Assembly: GCF_024521635.1 (NCBI RefSeq)
Contig: NW_026250409.1
Coordinates: forward strand, 744,001-808,000
Reading direction: 5' to 3'
DNA: 64,000 nt
From: Tricharina praecox
Lineage: Eukaryota
The notes under the pieces are model-generated. The model made no database searches. It was not told where the DNA came from and saw only the letters and a list, made by a program, of their open reading frames with translations. The translations under genes and the position numbers were made by a program. Positions 50,718 through 64,000 of this stretch are shown one piece after another (within the stretch, counting starts at the first letter, position 1; every line of letters starts with the position of its first letter).

Positions 50718-53608
50718 ATCTTGATCAAACAGGATTCTTTGAAGAAAAAACGGTGATATGTACTGCGAAATACGGATCTTGTTCTGGGGGTGGGGGGGCC
50801 TGCCTCCGGAAAACCTGGATCCTCCCTTCATCCCTCGTATTGATGCGTCAGCCTACCGTACTCTGTGTACTCTACGTGCACGGGTAGGTACCAGGAAGGT
50901 AAGTACATACGACGATGATTTGTCTCTTTCCTTTCCCTCTTTGCCTTCCTTCCTTTGTTCCCCGCCCTCCCTCCCTCCCTCTCGTCCTCTCGTCCTCCGT
51001 CAGGCCAGCCCTCCCCTCCAGCCTCTCCCTCCATCCATCCATCCATCCACCTTTTTCTGGGCTGGTGGTTGGTGGTTGGTGGTTGGGTGGGCGACAGACA
51101 TGCAGGGAGAGCAGGGAGAGCGGGGAGGGAGTTTCAGCATTTTCATGGTGTGCCTCAACGAAATGCAACAACGGGGACGGGCGATCATGCAGGGGTTTGC
51201 GACTCTGAAACGCAACAGAGAATCACAAGGGCGCTTGTGGGCTGTGGGCAGGAGGGAGGGTCCTATCAAAATCGACAACTCATCAGTGATCTGACAGACA
51301 GAGAAAGAAAAAAGGAAAGGAAGAAAGGAAGAAAGAAAAACCTGGTTACATACATGGGACGCGATGAGGACTGGATACGGCGGAGTAGTTGCTGACCTAC
51401 TCTTACGTGGTTAGTTGCCGCTCTTAGGGATGGGTGTTGGTGTGGGGGAATGCCTTGACGCGGATACCTGGGTACGGTAGGGTTGCGAATTGGTGAATGG
51501 GAGTGAGTGGTCAGCGAGGAATCATATCGGAGTCGGCGTGACTCTTCGACCAGGAGCTAGGTAGGCTGGTTGACAAAGGATGGTGTGGAAAATGGGAGTT
51601 TGTGCGGGGAGGGTGGGGAGGCCACGGGATTCCATAGACCACCAGGTGGGTAGTCTCCTGCGGACTGCGTGATATCGTGTGATTCGCTGATTTTCCGCCG
51701 GTCCGGGCCAAGTCCAACTTTCCAAGCACTAGGTACCGTACCGTAGTGCGGTGAACATCGACCTGGAGGCTGGTACGATGCCAACATCGATACGCGCTGT
51801 TCCAAGCCCAAGCCCATCTATCCCACGAACGCACCCCAACGCCGTCACCTGTCTGATGCACACCATCACCGGCCAACCCGACGATCCATCGATGACCCCC
51901 CAACCACCACAGTGGCGATGGGAAGCGATGCAACGACCGGCAATTTCACCGCGAGCCATATCATGTGCCCTATATGCATCGTTAACTATGTATGCTCCGA
52001 CTACGGCGGCCGATGCATACAACACAACACAAACCAACCCAACAGCCATCTACATATCTGCGTGACGACCACCGGCGCTTAAGTTGGAATACGGTACATA
52101 GCGATATCCACGCGGCCGTTGTTGGTGCGCGCTCAGCCCTTCGAAGTTCGCTCCGTCATGTTTGGGTTTCCGGGGTTGTTCCCTGTACACATCAGACGGT
52201 GTTGGTGTCGTGTAGAGTACAGCCTTGGAGGCCGTTCGTGCCTCGTCGCTCTTGGGGAACTAACCGGTGGTGATACTTCGTGATGCAAACTAAGGCGTAG
52301 CCGTGTTTGACGACTTTTCAATGGGGAGACTGAATCGGTAGGTGAGAGGTAAGTACTTGGAACCGAGTGATAGAAATGAAAGTGGGGTGGGACTACTCAT
52401 TGATTCTCACTACCTACTCTGCCTCTCACACGGCGGTAGTCGGTAGGTTCAGACATCACTAACTCCAGCAGTAGACTCAGGCCAGAGCAGCAGCAACCGT
52501 ACTCCGCTAAGATATACACGTGCGTGCCAAGTCTCGCCGCACCTAGGCAACTCCTGCCTACATCTGTTGCGGCTCCGCATAAGCTTTCTGAGTCGCATCG
52601 ATATCACTGACGCCACGTTCTCTTCTCCTTCTTCTCCATCTTCCCTGATTCGTTCCGAGGGTTCCCTGGTAGGTATACTACCTACAAGGCTCGGTGAACC
52701 ACATAGAATACCACATACTACATACACCTCTGGCCCATCCATCCAACCCAACCCGGAATTCATCATTCATCGGAAACTTCAGGCTCCAATACTTCGCACC
52801 GGCCACTGCGGAGATACCTACCTACGTCGCCAGAGAGCGTACATGCGGAATTCACTGGCTCGGTTCCAAGACATGATAACCTGATTACGACGACTATGAG
52901 CTCGTGTTGTGCCGGATGCCGGCGAGCAACATCGTATTCGTAGGTAGTTGAAACTCAACCGCTCGAGACACATCGAGCTATGTACTCGTACGAGGCTCTT
53001 TTCCTGCGAGCCACTGGGGATATGCAGTGGGTTGATAATGGCTCAATTGGAAAGTGACGAAGTTTTGTGGGCTGATTTGGAATATCCACGAATCGTCAGC
53101 ATATTGTGACCGGTCATTCATCATCGAAACCTAAGCTTGCAGTGCCTAGTGGGCAGCTGCAGAATAATCCATTTGCATCGATACCTATCCGGTTCGACGA
53201 CTGTCAGTATCAGCCGCATGCACGGCTCTGCCCGCAGATGATCCGTTTGGACTTTGAAAAGCTGAAGGTCGATACTCTACTTGCCCTATCCTATCCCTGG
53301 GACTTGGAGTTGACTCGACCGATACATGCTTGCGGGAATTCTTGTTTGGTTATCGATTTCATGTGAACTAGCCGGATCATAGCAATACATGAGAGTCTGC
53401 GGAAATTCTTCAAGATCACCGTATAATGTATTCCTCGGAGCCCAAATTCGAGTGATTATTCGTGCTACACGTGATAGATGCGGGTAAGTGGCAGTCTTGG
53501 CAGGTCAGAGCCGAAACATTCCCAGTCGTCGGGAACCAGGCTTCACTCCCCACCGCACCCGTCACCGTTCCGTCCACCCACTCCCCTCTGCAACAACCCC
53601 CATCCACA

Positions 53609-54448
53609 ATGTCCGCTCCAGCAGTAATCCACCCATCCCCGCAGCCCCGCAGCCCCTCGTCCCCCACCCCTCCTCCTCATCATCGGCCCGGCTAACCACA
53701 ATTCCTCACCGTCTCGCCCCCACAGCGAAGCGCCGCCCTCAAGATTGAATGGGCCAAAATCACCAGCAGCCTCGGCCTTAAAGGTCAGACGGCCGCGTCC
53801 CTGCAAGCCTTCAAGAAGCGCAACGAGGATGCCCGCCGCAAGGTTGTCGTCCTGCACGACACGCCGCGCGAGGTCGACTTCGCCCACTACCGCTCCGTGC
53901 TCAAGAACCAGGCCGTGATCGACGAGATCGAGGCCGCCTATAAGGCCTTCAAGCCCAAGACCTACGATGTATCCAAGACCCTCGCCGCCATCGAAACGTT
54001 CGAGGCTGCCGCCGTCAAGAACGCCGAGACTACTAAGGGCAAGGTCGATGCTGAGCTGCAGGATCTGAGCATGACCCTCAAGAACATTTCCGAGGCTCGC
54101 TCGTTCGATGAGTTGACTGTGGTATGTATCGAGAGATCCGTCGGGAGGATGGGATTGGTTGGGGGAAGGGAGCGGGATCCCTGGGGGGAGCCGGATCCTG
54201 CTCTTTCCGACCTTCCGGCCGAACCCCGCTTTTTGGTGAATTGAAGACGGATGCTGATGTCCCGGTGACCAATAGGACGACATTGCTAAGGCCCGTCCCG
54301 ACATCGACGTCCGGACCGAGCAGATGGTTACCAAGGGCCGGTGGATGCCGCCTGGATACAAGGTCCGCAATCACCGCCCCACTGCTCCCTTTGATACGGA
54401 ATTGACCCCCCGTTGCAGGAGAAATTCGGCGATCTCTCTCTCTTGTAA
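53609..54448 (+). CDS. ATP7: Mitochondrial ATP synthase subunit d
   Basis: [79 protein letters not shown]. Confidence 0.95.
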
Positions 54449-54651
54449 GAGGAGCATGCGCAAACCCTTGTATCAAAGTAAATCTTTCATAAAACTCGAG
54501 GCGAAGGCGAATAGCAGACTGGTGTTGTCGATAGAATTTATTTCAGTTGATAAAACTTTGGTCCATCAAATCCACCTCGTGAACTATTGTATGATCGCTT
54601 GCTATAAAACAAAAAAAAAAAAACACAAAAGAAACCACAATTTCCTCCGCC

Positions 54652-57600
54652 CTACAATGACCACATGATCTCCGACAAAGCCAACAAGTTCTCATTCAAC
54701 GACCTCCTCGCCTGCAGAGCCGAAGAAGACTCGCGGCGGTTATTCATCGCCTCGGAGAAGTACAATTCGACGATGACCTTCAACTCATCGTAGGTAAACT
54801 CCAACTTCCCAGCCTTGGCACTGGCAATGAGGTCTTTCATTCCTCCGCCGTAGAGCGAGTAGAACCTCGAGGCGCGGCCCAGATCCACCGAGACGTCGAT
54901 GTTCTTCAGGTTCTGCTGCAGCACGAGGATGTTGCGCTGCATGCGGTCGACTCCGTCCTGGTTCAGGATCTTGATCGCGCTGGCTTGCGAGACGAGGATG
55001 TGGTCCATCAACGCGCCGAGGCCGCGCTCGATGAATCTGCGAAACGAACGAACGTTAGAATATATTCTCGTCGACCCACTCGGAATGCTACTTACGTCGT
55101 TTCCCGCTGCGGCAAGGCATTCGAAATGTCCTCGTCGAACCACACCAGATCCGTGTTCAGCGTCAATGCGTTTGCGTCGGGTGCGGTAACTGGGTTGTCA
55201 AGACAGTAGTTGCCTTGCGTAATGCACTTGTCGAGATGGTAGATCACGCGGCAGCGGACTTCAGCGTGGAGTGTGTATAGCACTATCGAGGCCAGTTCTT
55301 GGAAGGAGGAAACAACACCGTCGAATGCACTATCTCAAGTCAATTTCACGCATGTCTTTGGGGGTAGGGGAGGGTGACGAACCTGACCGTCTCCGCCGTC
55401 ATGGGAAGACAGATGGGTTTATCCTCATCATGCTGAACCCTGATAGAATCAATCAGTGTCCACCTACGGCGGAGGCGTCCGGAGCCACCGCCATCGTTCC
55501 TCGAGAAGTTCCCCGGATCCTCGATGTGGCGTAGCTGTATCACCTTGCTGGCGAGCCACTTCATGCTGGTGCACAGTATGCACAGGGATTTGATAACCTT
55601 CCGGTCCGTGATCAGGTCGTGCGCAGTGATCTTGCTCTTCGCTTGTTCGGCGAGTTGCAAGTCCGTTTCTTTCCGGAGGAGGTCCACAGGTGCCGTTTCA
55701 TCCTCCCACTTCCACACATCCCCGATCGCGGAATGGATAGGACCCCCCTGAGCCCACCGCGCACTGGCCTTGAAGCTGTTTGGGTCCGAGCCGGCGTGGC
55801 GAGAGACGAGCTCCTTGTACCATTCGTAGCATTTATCGTAGTACGAAGTCAGTAGATCAATGGTGAGTTGCCCGAATGCCTGGTCCGGTGGGATCGTGTT
55901 AAGCATCTTGCAGAATGCCGTGATGAGCTCCAAGAATGCTACTGTGCCACGCATGACGGGCTTCTGCGATATGCTTGCCCAGTTGATGTCTTCATGGGAT
56001 GCATCGATGTCGCCGGTCGTTTGGTTGAATAGATCTCGGATGGTATCCTCGAGCGACGGATAGAATACGTTGACTAGGAAGTCGTCTAGGAACGAGGGTA
56101 GTGTGCTGAGGACAATGCCAGATCCTTGAGGCACAATCTCCTTGATTCGATTGAGGAAAGCGAGTGATGGCGGAAGCAGTAAGCCGATATTAAAAACGCT
56201 GGGCTCAATGAGCAGCTTATGGCCTGTAGCCGCGCCGTCGGAAGCATTATTGTTGTCCGACGAGGAGACCGCAGGCCGTAGCGACTCGGATACTAGACCA
56301 GGCACAGACGCTTTCAGGATCTGTTGTAAATCTTCTTGATCCTGTTTTAGATCACTCGATGTGGTGACATCCGTGTTCGAGAGTTTGAAAATGATCTGTT
56401 CACGTTAGCGATTGCCAATGGAGCTACCAGCGGGAAAGTCCCACCTTGTTCTTGTCTCGGGGCACTTTGCCTGATACGATGTTGCTGATCGCATTGTGCA
56501 GGCCCTTTGGTGCGGTATGCTGAGCGCTGCGGCTGTCGCTCTGGGTCAAGTAATCGTGTAGTAAGGACCGCATCTACACCAGTTAGGAGAAATTCAGAAG
56601 CGCAATAAAAGGACCATTACCTCGCTCTGGACCAGCTGCCAGACTTCAACGAACCCATGCTTCCACGTTTCCGCCTCTTGCAGTGAGTCCCCACGTTTGG
56701 TTATCCCTCTCACCACGTCGTAGATGATCCGATATCCCTCCATCACAGCTTCAAACTTGGAATATAGTGTGCACAGCAAGTCATGGATGATGGTGACTCG
56801 GACATCATTCTCCTTCAATCCCAGATCCACAGTCTTGCCATGGTATCCCCGAGTCACGCCAGTCAGGGAGCTCGGGTGTCTTTGGTCGACTTCGGTATTG
56901 GTCTTATCGACGAGCTTAAAGAGTTCAACTGGAAGCCGCTGGTTGACAGTTGCTATAGCATTCGGAAGATGGCCGAGGTTGTGTAGCGATTCCAGAAGCA
57001 GCCGGATATAGCACAAGCTATCTGCCTCTGGACTTTTGTTCGTGCTGACGTCTTCTACCATCTGGATACGTCAGGAATATGGCCAGTGGTGGGGTGAGTC
57101 GGCAAACTTACAGGCTGGGTGAAATCACTGCTGTCGAGAAATTTGTGCAGAGCCCTGACGCCACTCACTGAGCTGTAGGCTTGAGACAAGTCAGCATGGT
57201 TGACATCCATATCCCGTCGGAGAGGATAAAGTTACCGCTTGCAGCACTGCCATTCGCACCGGAGCCTGTGTTTCCCATCAGCTGTGTGATACGAGCACGC
57301 GGCACGATCAATGCATCTAACCGTCTTTCGTGGCGGAATATGCTTTCCACCTGTCGTTGCAGTAAAGCGATTTGAGATAGAGATGATTGTGCAATTCCTC
57401 CACCAGGATATCTGCCAGAGACTGATGCCACTATTAGACGAAGCTATTTTCACTGTGGCGACTGGTTTATTTACCGATTCTTGACTGCCCAGGTAGGCCC
57501 TCAGGTCCGACAGCGCCCCGATCTCCATCATGTCATCCTGCCGAATCCTCTTGAGCGCATCGTCCAGAAGTTCTACAGCACTCAGAAACTTCTTCTCGGA

Positions 57601-58566
57601 TATCCTCGCCTCCAACTTGTCTGGAACGAGCTGAAGTTGCTCTCTTCAACCACCAGTCAGCCAGTTCCTTTTCGTTCTTGGGCAAAGGTACGGACGGATC
57701 ACGAACATGGAGTGTAGAGTTTGGAGCATGGCATCGTATTTCTGTGAGTTATCAACCATGTTCTTCACCTCCGGCTTACTCGTCGAAAGATCACCCTTCG
57801 CTTTTATTAACGACTCTCTCAAATCTCTAATTTTCGTCTGCGAGGTAGTTATACTACGCATGATGTTGTGGAAAGCTCCAATGGAGCTATTGAACCCCTG
57901 GTGATGATCTGTTTTTGTCAGAGAATTAGATATGTGGTGATGCTCACTCAATCAATGATAGACCTTCTCCGTACCGTTTACAATGGCCTGGAGCGCATAC
58001 TGGAGATCCTGATGCGTCTCCTTGAAATCCGGGTACTTGCGCGCCATTCCCAAGGAGCTGGTATCCATCAATTGCAGCGCAATCTTGACGGGCACGCACT
58101 CCTCGTCCTTCATGAAGTCCCAATCCCGCTCAATGACGCGAAGGATATCTGTTCGCCTTCAGCATTTCCCCCCGCGCATCAATCGTTCCCGCCTCAGCAT
58201 CATCATCATCATACCATCCAGCTTCTTCGTCCCGGGCCCGTAGCCTCCGGCGGCGGCGGGCGCCCCATTCCGCCCAGATTTACTCCGCTGCTGCATGCCA
58301 TCGGGCCGCTCCCGACTCTTTTCTCGCACGTTCCCGTAGGCTTGGTAGTTCGCGTCGGGTTCGCGTGGTTGCGGCGGCGGCCCGCGTTGGTACCCTGCGT
58401 ATCCTGCCCCTCCCGCTCCCCCCCCTCCGCCGCCGCCGCCTCCGCCGACTCCTCCCCCCCGTGCGTTACCCCCGGAGCTGCCGCCGCCGTAGCTCGCATA
58501 GCTGTTGCCGTATGCTCCGCCTCCTCCTCCACCTCCTCCCCCGCCCGGTCGCGATCCTGCGCTCAT
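54652..58566 (-). CDS. SEC8: Exocyst complex component Sec8
   Basis: IERDWDFM..CVPVKIALQLMD, HHQGFNSSIG, EELHNHLYLKS, ATGHKLLIEPSVFNI, RNILVLQQNLKNI; multi-exon; Gly-rich N-terminus. Confidence 0.92.
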
Positions 58567-59015
58567 CTCGTGCGTACGTGCGTGCGTGCGTGGGTTGGGA
58601 TTCTATCGCGGCGCAGATGGGAAATCCAAATATAGCGGTCGTCGGTCGTGAGTCACTGTTAGTCGAGGTCGTGCGTGTAATCGATCGAGTTGAGTCGTTC
58701 AATGCGGTGCGGTAGATAGTAAGATGGCTGAGTCGAGCTTATGTACGGTCGGTCTCTGAGTTGAGTAGTATGTATTTAACTCAAGCTCCCGCTCCTGAGA
58801 GTTGGCCCAAAACCCTCACAAAAGCAAGCACAGCAAAGCACAGCACAGCTCCCACGCACCCATCCACCAGCGTGGATTAATTAACTAATCCCTGTCCCAC
58901 TCACTCGCTTGCAAAACTTCGATACTCGGTACATACGCTGGATTCTTCCGCCGATTCTCACTCACCCGCTCCCGCGCGCGCTCGGCACGGAACCCCAGCA
59001 GCAGCAGCAGCAGAA

Positions 59016-59718
59016 ATGTCACCACGAAAGCTTCTGGTAAGTCTCCCTGTGTCGGGTGTGGGCTACACGAACTGACGCGGGTCCGTCCCACCTTAGGTAT
59101 GCTCGATCGGCAACCCCGGCAGCGCATACCGCAACACGCGGCACTCCGCCGGGCACAGCATTCTCGAGCTGTTACAGAGCTCACTCTCATTCCCTCCACT
59201 CTCTTCAGAGCGACAATTCTCTGGCGGGCTGGTGTCGCGGCCGCTCTACGATTCCACCACGAGCCCCTACACGCTTTTCCAGTCGCAATCGTACATGAAC
59301 CTCTCCGGGAAGCCGGTCAAGTCCGCGTGGCAGACGTTTCTGAAGGAGTTGCTGCCCGACGAGCAGGAAAGGGCGCTGCTAGTTGTCCTCCATGATGAGC
59401 TCGAGAAGCCGCTCGGTCAGGTTAAGCTCAAGAAGACGGGCAGCCCCCAGGGCCATAATGGCATCACGTCGATTATTGCCACGTTGAATACTAAGGTATG
59501 TATATATGTCTGGTCTGGCTAGATGGAAGATGGAACTGATTTTGCGGCAGGATTTCATGCGGCTAGGTGTGGGCATTGGCAGGCCGGAGAGTAGGGATAG
59601 CGATACCGTTGCGAAATATGTTCTGGGGAAGTTCACATCTTACGAACGGGACGTGTTGGAGAAGCAGAGCTTGGATAAGGTTGTGGTGCATCTGAAGCAG
59701 TTATCAAAGCTCCCATAA
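59016..59718 (+). CDS. PTH1: Peptidyl-tRNA hydrolase (Pth1 family)
   Basis: SIGNPG..Y.NTRHSAGH, YMNLSG, LHDELE, GHNG, RLGVGIGRP; two introns. Confidence 0.92.
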
Positions 59719-59961
59719 CCGATGCATACCCGTTTTGTGCGAATCATTTGCATGTACATTATATATCCTTGGATTAGAGGGCATGAACAGGCGTTGGGGT
59801 TAATTCAGTCGTTATGTATATCTATTAGAGTACACTGGTGCTCGTTCGTCTCTAGTCTTAAGCTCGTGGACGATAATGATGAAAAACAATAATAATGGAA
59901 AAGAGAATATGGTTCGAAATGACTCCCCAACTCCAGGTATATCCTCTAGCAATCTACAGAC

Positions 59962-61502
59962 CTACGGCTTTCTTGGACCGTCGCTGTCCGAGTCCGCGTC
60001 TTCATCGTCGGTAATGAGCCCCGCGAGCTCAAATTCGTCTGTCTCCCGTGCACGCTGCTCTTCTGCTTCTCTGGAATGTCCGTTCTCGAGGGAGATGGGA
60101 TTGTACGCCGGCTTCGCCTCGGGGGCGTTGGCGACGAAGATGTGAAGCAGGACTTGAACGACTGGAGGAGTAAGTAGTTAGCATGTAACTCTCCGGAACT
60201 GGGGTGGTTGGGTGGCATACGCAAGTACAACAAGAACGCCAAACTGTAGAGCACCAGGAGGTACGAAACGTGATCGATGCCAACACTGTCAATCAAGGCC
60301 AACTGTTCTTCCGTCGCCGACATAAAGATGAACCCGGAAGCGAAGAGCAGGAACGGTGTGAGATGCTGGAAGGAGGATGGCTCGTCACGAGTGGGTTTAT
60401 CCTGAAGCACGAAGCAGATCTCAATTACACGGGAGGCTCCGGCGGCCATCAGGGTGTAGCCAAACACAGCGTGAACCACTAGAAGTTCGGTCAGCTAGGT
60501 ATCTTTCGAACTGGGCGAGAGGTACCTACTAGTTGAGAGTGGAAGATGTTGGGCATGGCCGGACATTGCCCAGCCAGTCAAAAAGATTACTATGGCTGGA
60601 ATGACATTTCGTCTCGGCTGACCATCTTTGCTCCTGGAGAGCCATAGCCCGAGGAGTCCAGCACACCACCACACGACCCCCATTGAAGTGTGCTGAATAT
60701 CACTATGGTTCCACCCAGTACCCCACCGATGCTCGGTGAACGTATTGATACAACCCCAAATCGAAATCACCAACGAGTCCCAAAACTCCTGGGACCGCCC
60801 CGACCGTCGAAGCCATCCCTGACCGACCAGCAACATCATCGTCAGGATGATTCCGTACGCGATAAAAGACGATCCCATGATGAAGTGGGCAAGGCACTGG
60901 CCTAGATGGTCCGCACGACAGAAGCCCAGCGCAGTTATGCCGCCAAATAGCATCTGGATCCAGCTCATCACGGGCATAGCTTTCCCCACGATACCGTGGA
61001 GTACCACGGCAACCCGTCGGATTCGTCCGTGGATCCCACGCTCGAGATGTAGCTTCAGATAAATGCCGAGTCCGATTTGCGTAACCAGCATCATCATCAA
61101 CACCGGCGCGAAGGTGGCATGAATATTGTGCGAGAACTGCCGTCCCTTGTGAGCATGTCCGAGGAACCAGCCCGTGGTGGCCACAACCGTAGCTACGACC
61201 TAGTACTATTAGCCGTCGTCGGACACTCGCGCAGTATAGCTGGGGTATAAAACCTGAACCGGAACATGCCACCTCGAGCGCACGATGCCCAACACCATTC
61301 CGATGGGGAACAGAATACCAAACGCCACGATCATTGTGCAAATATGCCACCAGAGGATCGAGTCGAGCGGTTCAGGGCTTACAACCTCGCCCTCCGGAAC
61401 GTCGCTTCCATCGTGATCATGGGCCGAAACAACCTTTCCGCCGGCAACAAGTAGCAACAACGCAACCCGGCCAGCCGCCGCCGTTAAGCTTTCCCGTACC
61501 AT
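59962..61502 (-). CDS. YTP1: Ytp1-like integral membrane protein with signal peptide
   Basis: Hydrophobic signal, then [71 protein letters not shown]. Confidence 0.88.
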
Positions 61503-63262
61503 CGCGTAGCTCAAAGTTACGTTTCGGGCGGTAAGTGTGCCTCCGGAAGGTTGCAGGTGACGGATGCCGTCACAGGTTGTGCGGTGTGGTGGAACGAGGG
61601 ACTGACGTGATGGTGATGGTGATGGTGGTGGTCGTGGTGGTCGTGGTGGTGTCCGGGCGCCAACAAGCAACCTATTCCCAGGGGGGAATTCTTGTCCATT
61701 TATGATAAATGCAATTGCAGGGTCATAGCCGGCAAGATGGGACGGAATTTGCATACTTACGTACCTCCCCGGCTTCCCGAATTTAGCAGACAAAAAACAC
61801 GCCGCTTGAGCCGGAATGCTGACTAGACAAAATGTGCATCTGGTCCTGGTTGTCGGTAGGTGCGCATGTGAATCTATGGACCTAACGTTGACCGCATCTC
61901 GAGCCTCCATCATTGAGACCATTCTCATTGATGAAGATGATCGTGTTTTCGATGCGTCCATCCGCATGTGGGGTCCATGCAGATCTGCCGGATGTCGGAG
62001 AATGCGATCTCCGAACTCGTGTAACCAACGAAACACAGCTCGACCATCAGAATCTACACACATTATTCGCATTCTCCAGCGGTACAGCATAACATTCCTT
62101 CCGTTATTTACTCGTAAGCTAATTCTTATGCTGTGGCGAGTCCGCGTGTGGCTGGCAGCCGGCGAAGCGGCGAGAGTTGTTAGAGTAGGCATGTGAGGCT
62201 CGAAATGCCGGTGCTCCTTGTGTATTCACTGCAACTCGTAGATGTCTACAGTAGAGTACAACTCGATAGGCAAGCCGTCGCACTAGATTGGCAAGGAAGC
62301 GCGCTAGTGTTCCGGATACATAAACTCCGGGAATGGTCATTCTGTTCGGCCCGAGGCGTCGCGAAGACGAAACGTAGAGTATGTAGCCTTTGCGGGTCGT
62401 TGGGTGAGGCAACACCAGACCGGTCCGAATGCATCAGCATCCCCAGGCTCTTGATAAGGCAGCGGGGAATTGGGGATCGTCCGGCCATCAGCAATCTTTG
62501 GCAGAACTGGCCGAGGAGAGATAATGCGAAACCGTCGAGATCTAACGGATACAAGGGCTGGATGCGATGAACTGTGCTCTCGCCGGTAGTTATCGAACAA
62601 GCTGGCTATTGTATCTGTTGCAGTGCCGACGAAACTCTCGACAATTCCGACGAAGCTCTCGACAATCCTATAAGGCGAAGCTTCTGGACTGGTCCATCGA
62701 CGAGTTCTGGATAACTGTGGACCCATCCGGTTCTTCACCCGCACGACAGCCCTCTCTCCCGGCGTCCTCACATTTGGCAGAGCGGTGTCGTTGGTTCGTT
62801 GGACCGTGGTCCTATCGTGGTCCTGCCGAAACGTAGCCGTTGATGTTTGATTGATGGTTACTCTGTCGGGGGATGTCGTTGAGAGAAAAAGCAATGCAAC
62901 CACCACCTCTGCTTGGCTGCATAACTTCCATATGCAGCCTTGGGAGAGAACCGACCCAAAAATACGCAGGAAGGAACTCTGTTTTCTAGAACTCCATGGA
63001 TAATGAAATGGCACGTACCCTAGAGCCGCTTTTCCCTGTAGCCCCACCAATTCGACCCCCCACCTCTCGTTCACTCACCCGTGAAAGCGCGTCATACCAA
63101 CAGATCACTCCAGACTTTCGGCAAACTTCCACAACCACAAGCAACAAGCGAGCTTGGAAATGACCGCCGTCAAACGCAAAATCTAATACCTTGCGTTGCA
63201 ACACCTCTTCTCACTCTACTAGTGTCCGTCTTTCCGTACCACAGCAGAAGCCAGCATTCCCG

Positions 63263-64000
63263 ATGGCCACCGCAATCACGCATCCAAATAGCTTGGACGA
63301 TGTTGTCACAGTGAGATCTAATATCCCATGGGAGTCTTGGGGCCAATGGTGTTCGCCTCTGCGGGATACAGTCACTGACACAATACCGATTGCATAGCTC
63401 ATCCATCGTCTCTTCCAACCCGGCTCGCCGGAAGAGCTTTCGCGAATACAAGATATCCTACAGGAGGTCCAGCGGTCACCCGAAGGCTGGCAGCTTGCGG
63501 ACCACTTACTGGAGCGGCAGGACCAGCATGTGCGGTTCTTTGGAGCCCTTACATTCACCGTCAAACTAAATTCCGATTGGTAGGTTCGTTCGTTCGGATA
63601 CTGGAAGTTTTGCGCCTGGCCGAGTGCTGATGGATAGTCACAGGGAATCGGTGTCAGAAGACGATGTCCCCGTGCTCTGCACAAGACTTATCGGCTGGCT
63701 CGTTCGAGTAGTCAACGAAGGCGCGCCGCCGCTCGTCATCAAAAAGCTCTGCTCTACACTGGTGGTCTTCTTTGTCCGCTTCGCAGAATCGTGGCCAAAC
63801 TGCGTTCGCCATGTTATCTGCTGCCTTGCGGCCGGCCGTGCAGGCCTCGAGAGAGAGTTTGTCGACATGCCCCCGTCGTCCCACCTGTTGGGCACCATGA
63901 ATCCGGCTGCGAAACTCGCTGCGCTCTGGTTCACAACAATATTGGTGGAAGAAGTTGGTAAGGTGGATACGAAAAATATCAAGAACCATCACTATTGCGT
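63263..64000 (+). CDS. Importin-13/transportin-3-like karyopherin (Kap122-like), 5' part, truncated by window end
   Basis: Exon 63263-63310, then from 63398 LIHRLFQP..LQEVQRSPEGWQLADHLL..VRFFGALTFTVKLNSDW|..LVIKKLCSTLV, an importin-beta N-terminal/Xpo1-type pattern. Confidence 0.85.

Noticed and set aside
51729..52049. 106-aa ORF with hydrophobic N-terminus (secreted peptide?)
   Set aside because: No other coding evidence; similar-length ORFs occur in the other frames.
1..64000. tRNA, 5S rRNA or secondary-metabolite cluster
   Set aside because: None recognised by eye (no tRNAscan/Rfam run). The ABC transporter and LaeA-like methyltransferase are separated by housekeeping genes and there is no backbone enzyme.

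Overview
Eukaryotic, intron-rich fungal DNA from a filamentous ascomycete. Gene content and intron style suggest Pezizomycotina, possibly Pezizales (inference). The first ~8.7 kb has no recognisable gene and is full of microsatellites plus a decayed 3-copy tandem repeat. I reconstructed 15 complete spliced genes and one partial gene by reading GT/GC-AG junctions: URC1/urg1-type GTP cyclohydrolase II homolog, ELF1, an atypical Rab18-like GTPase, an ABHD11-like hydrolase, complex I NDUFA6, RPC19, GPI7, a Ybt1-like ABCC transporter, a large Sac3/GANP protein, STE11, a LaeA-like methyltransferase, ATP7, SEC8, PTH1, YTP1-like and a partial importin-13-like karyopherin. There is also a Harbinger-like transposase relic and a TA-flanked 131-bp MITE. 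The most unusual items are: (1) the Sac3 gene, with a tandemly duplicated ~150-aa unrecognised N-terminal domain and a structured 5'UTR intron whose alternative donor would create a uORF; (2) a Rab whose CXC-stop is duplicated in frame, so readthrough or editing would keep the prenylation motif; (3) stems closing the longer introns near the branch point; (4) a microexon chain (down to 7 nt) in URC1. Family assignments come from motif recognition only; no searches were run.
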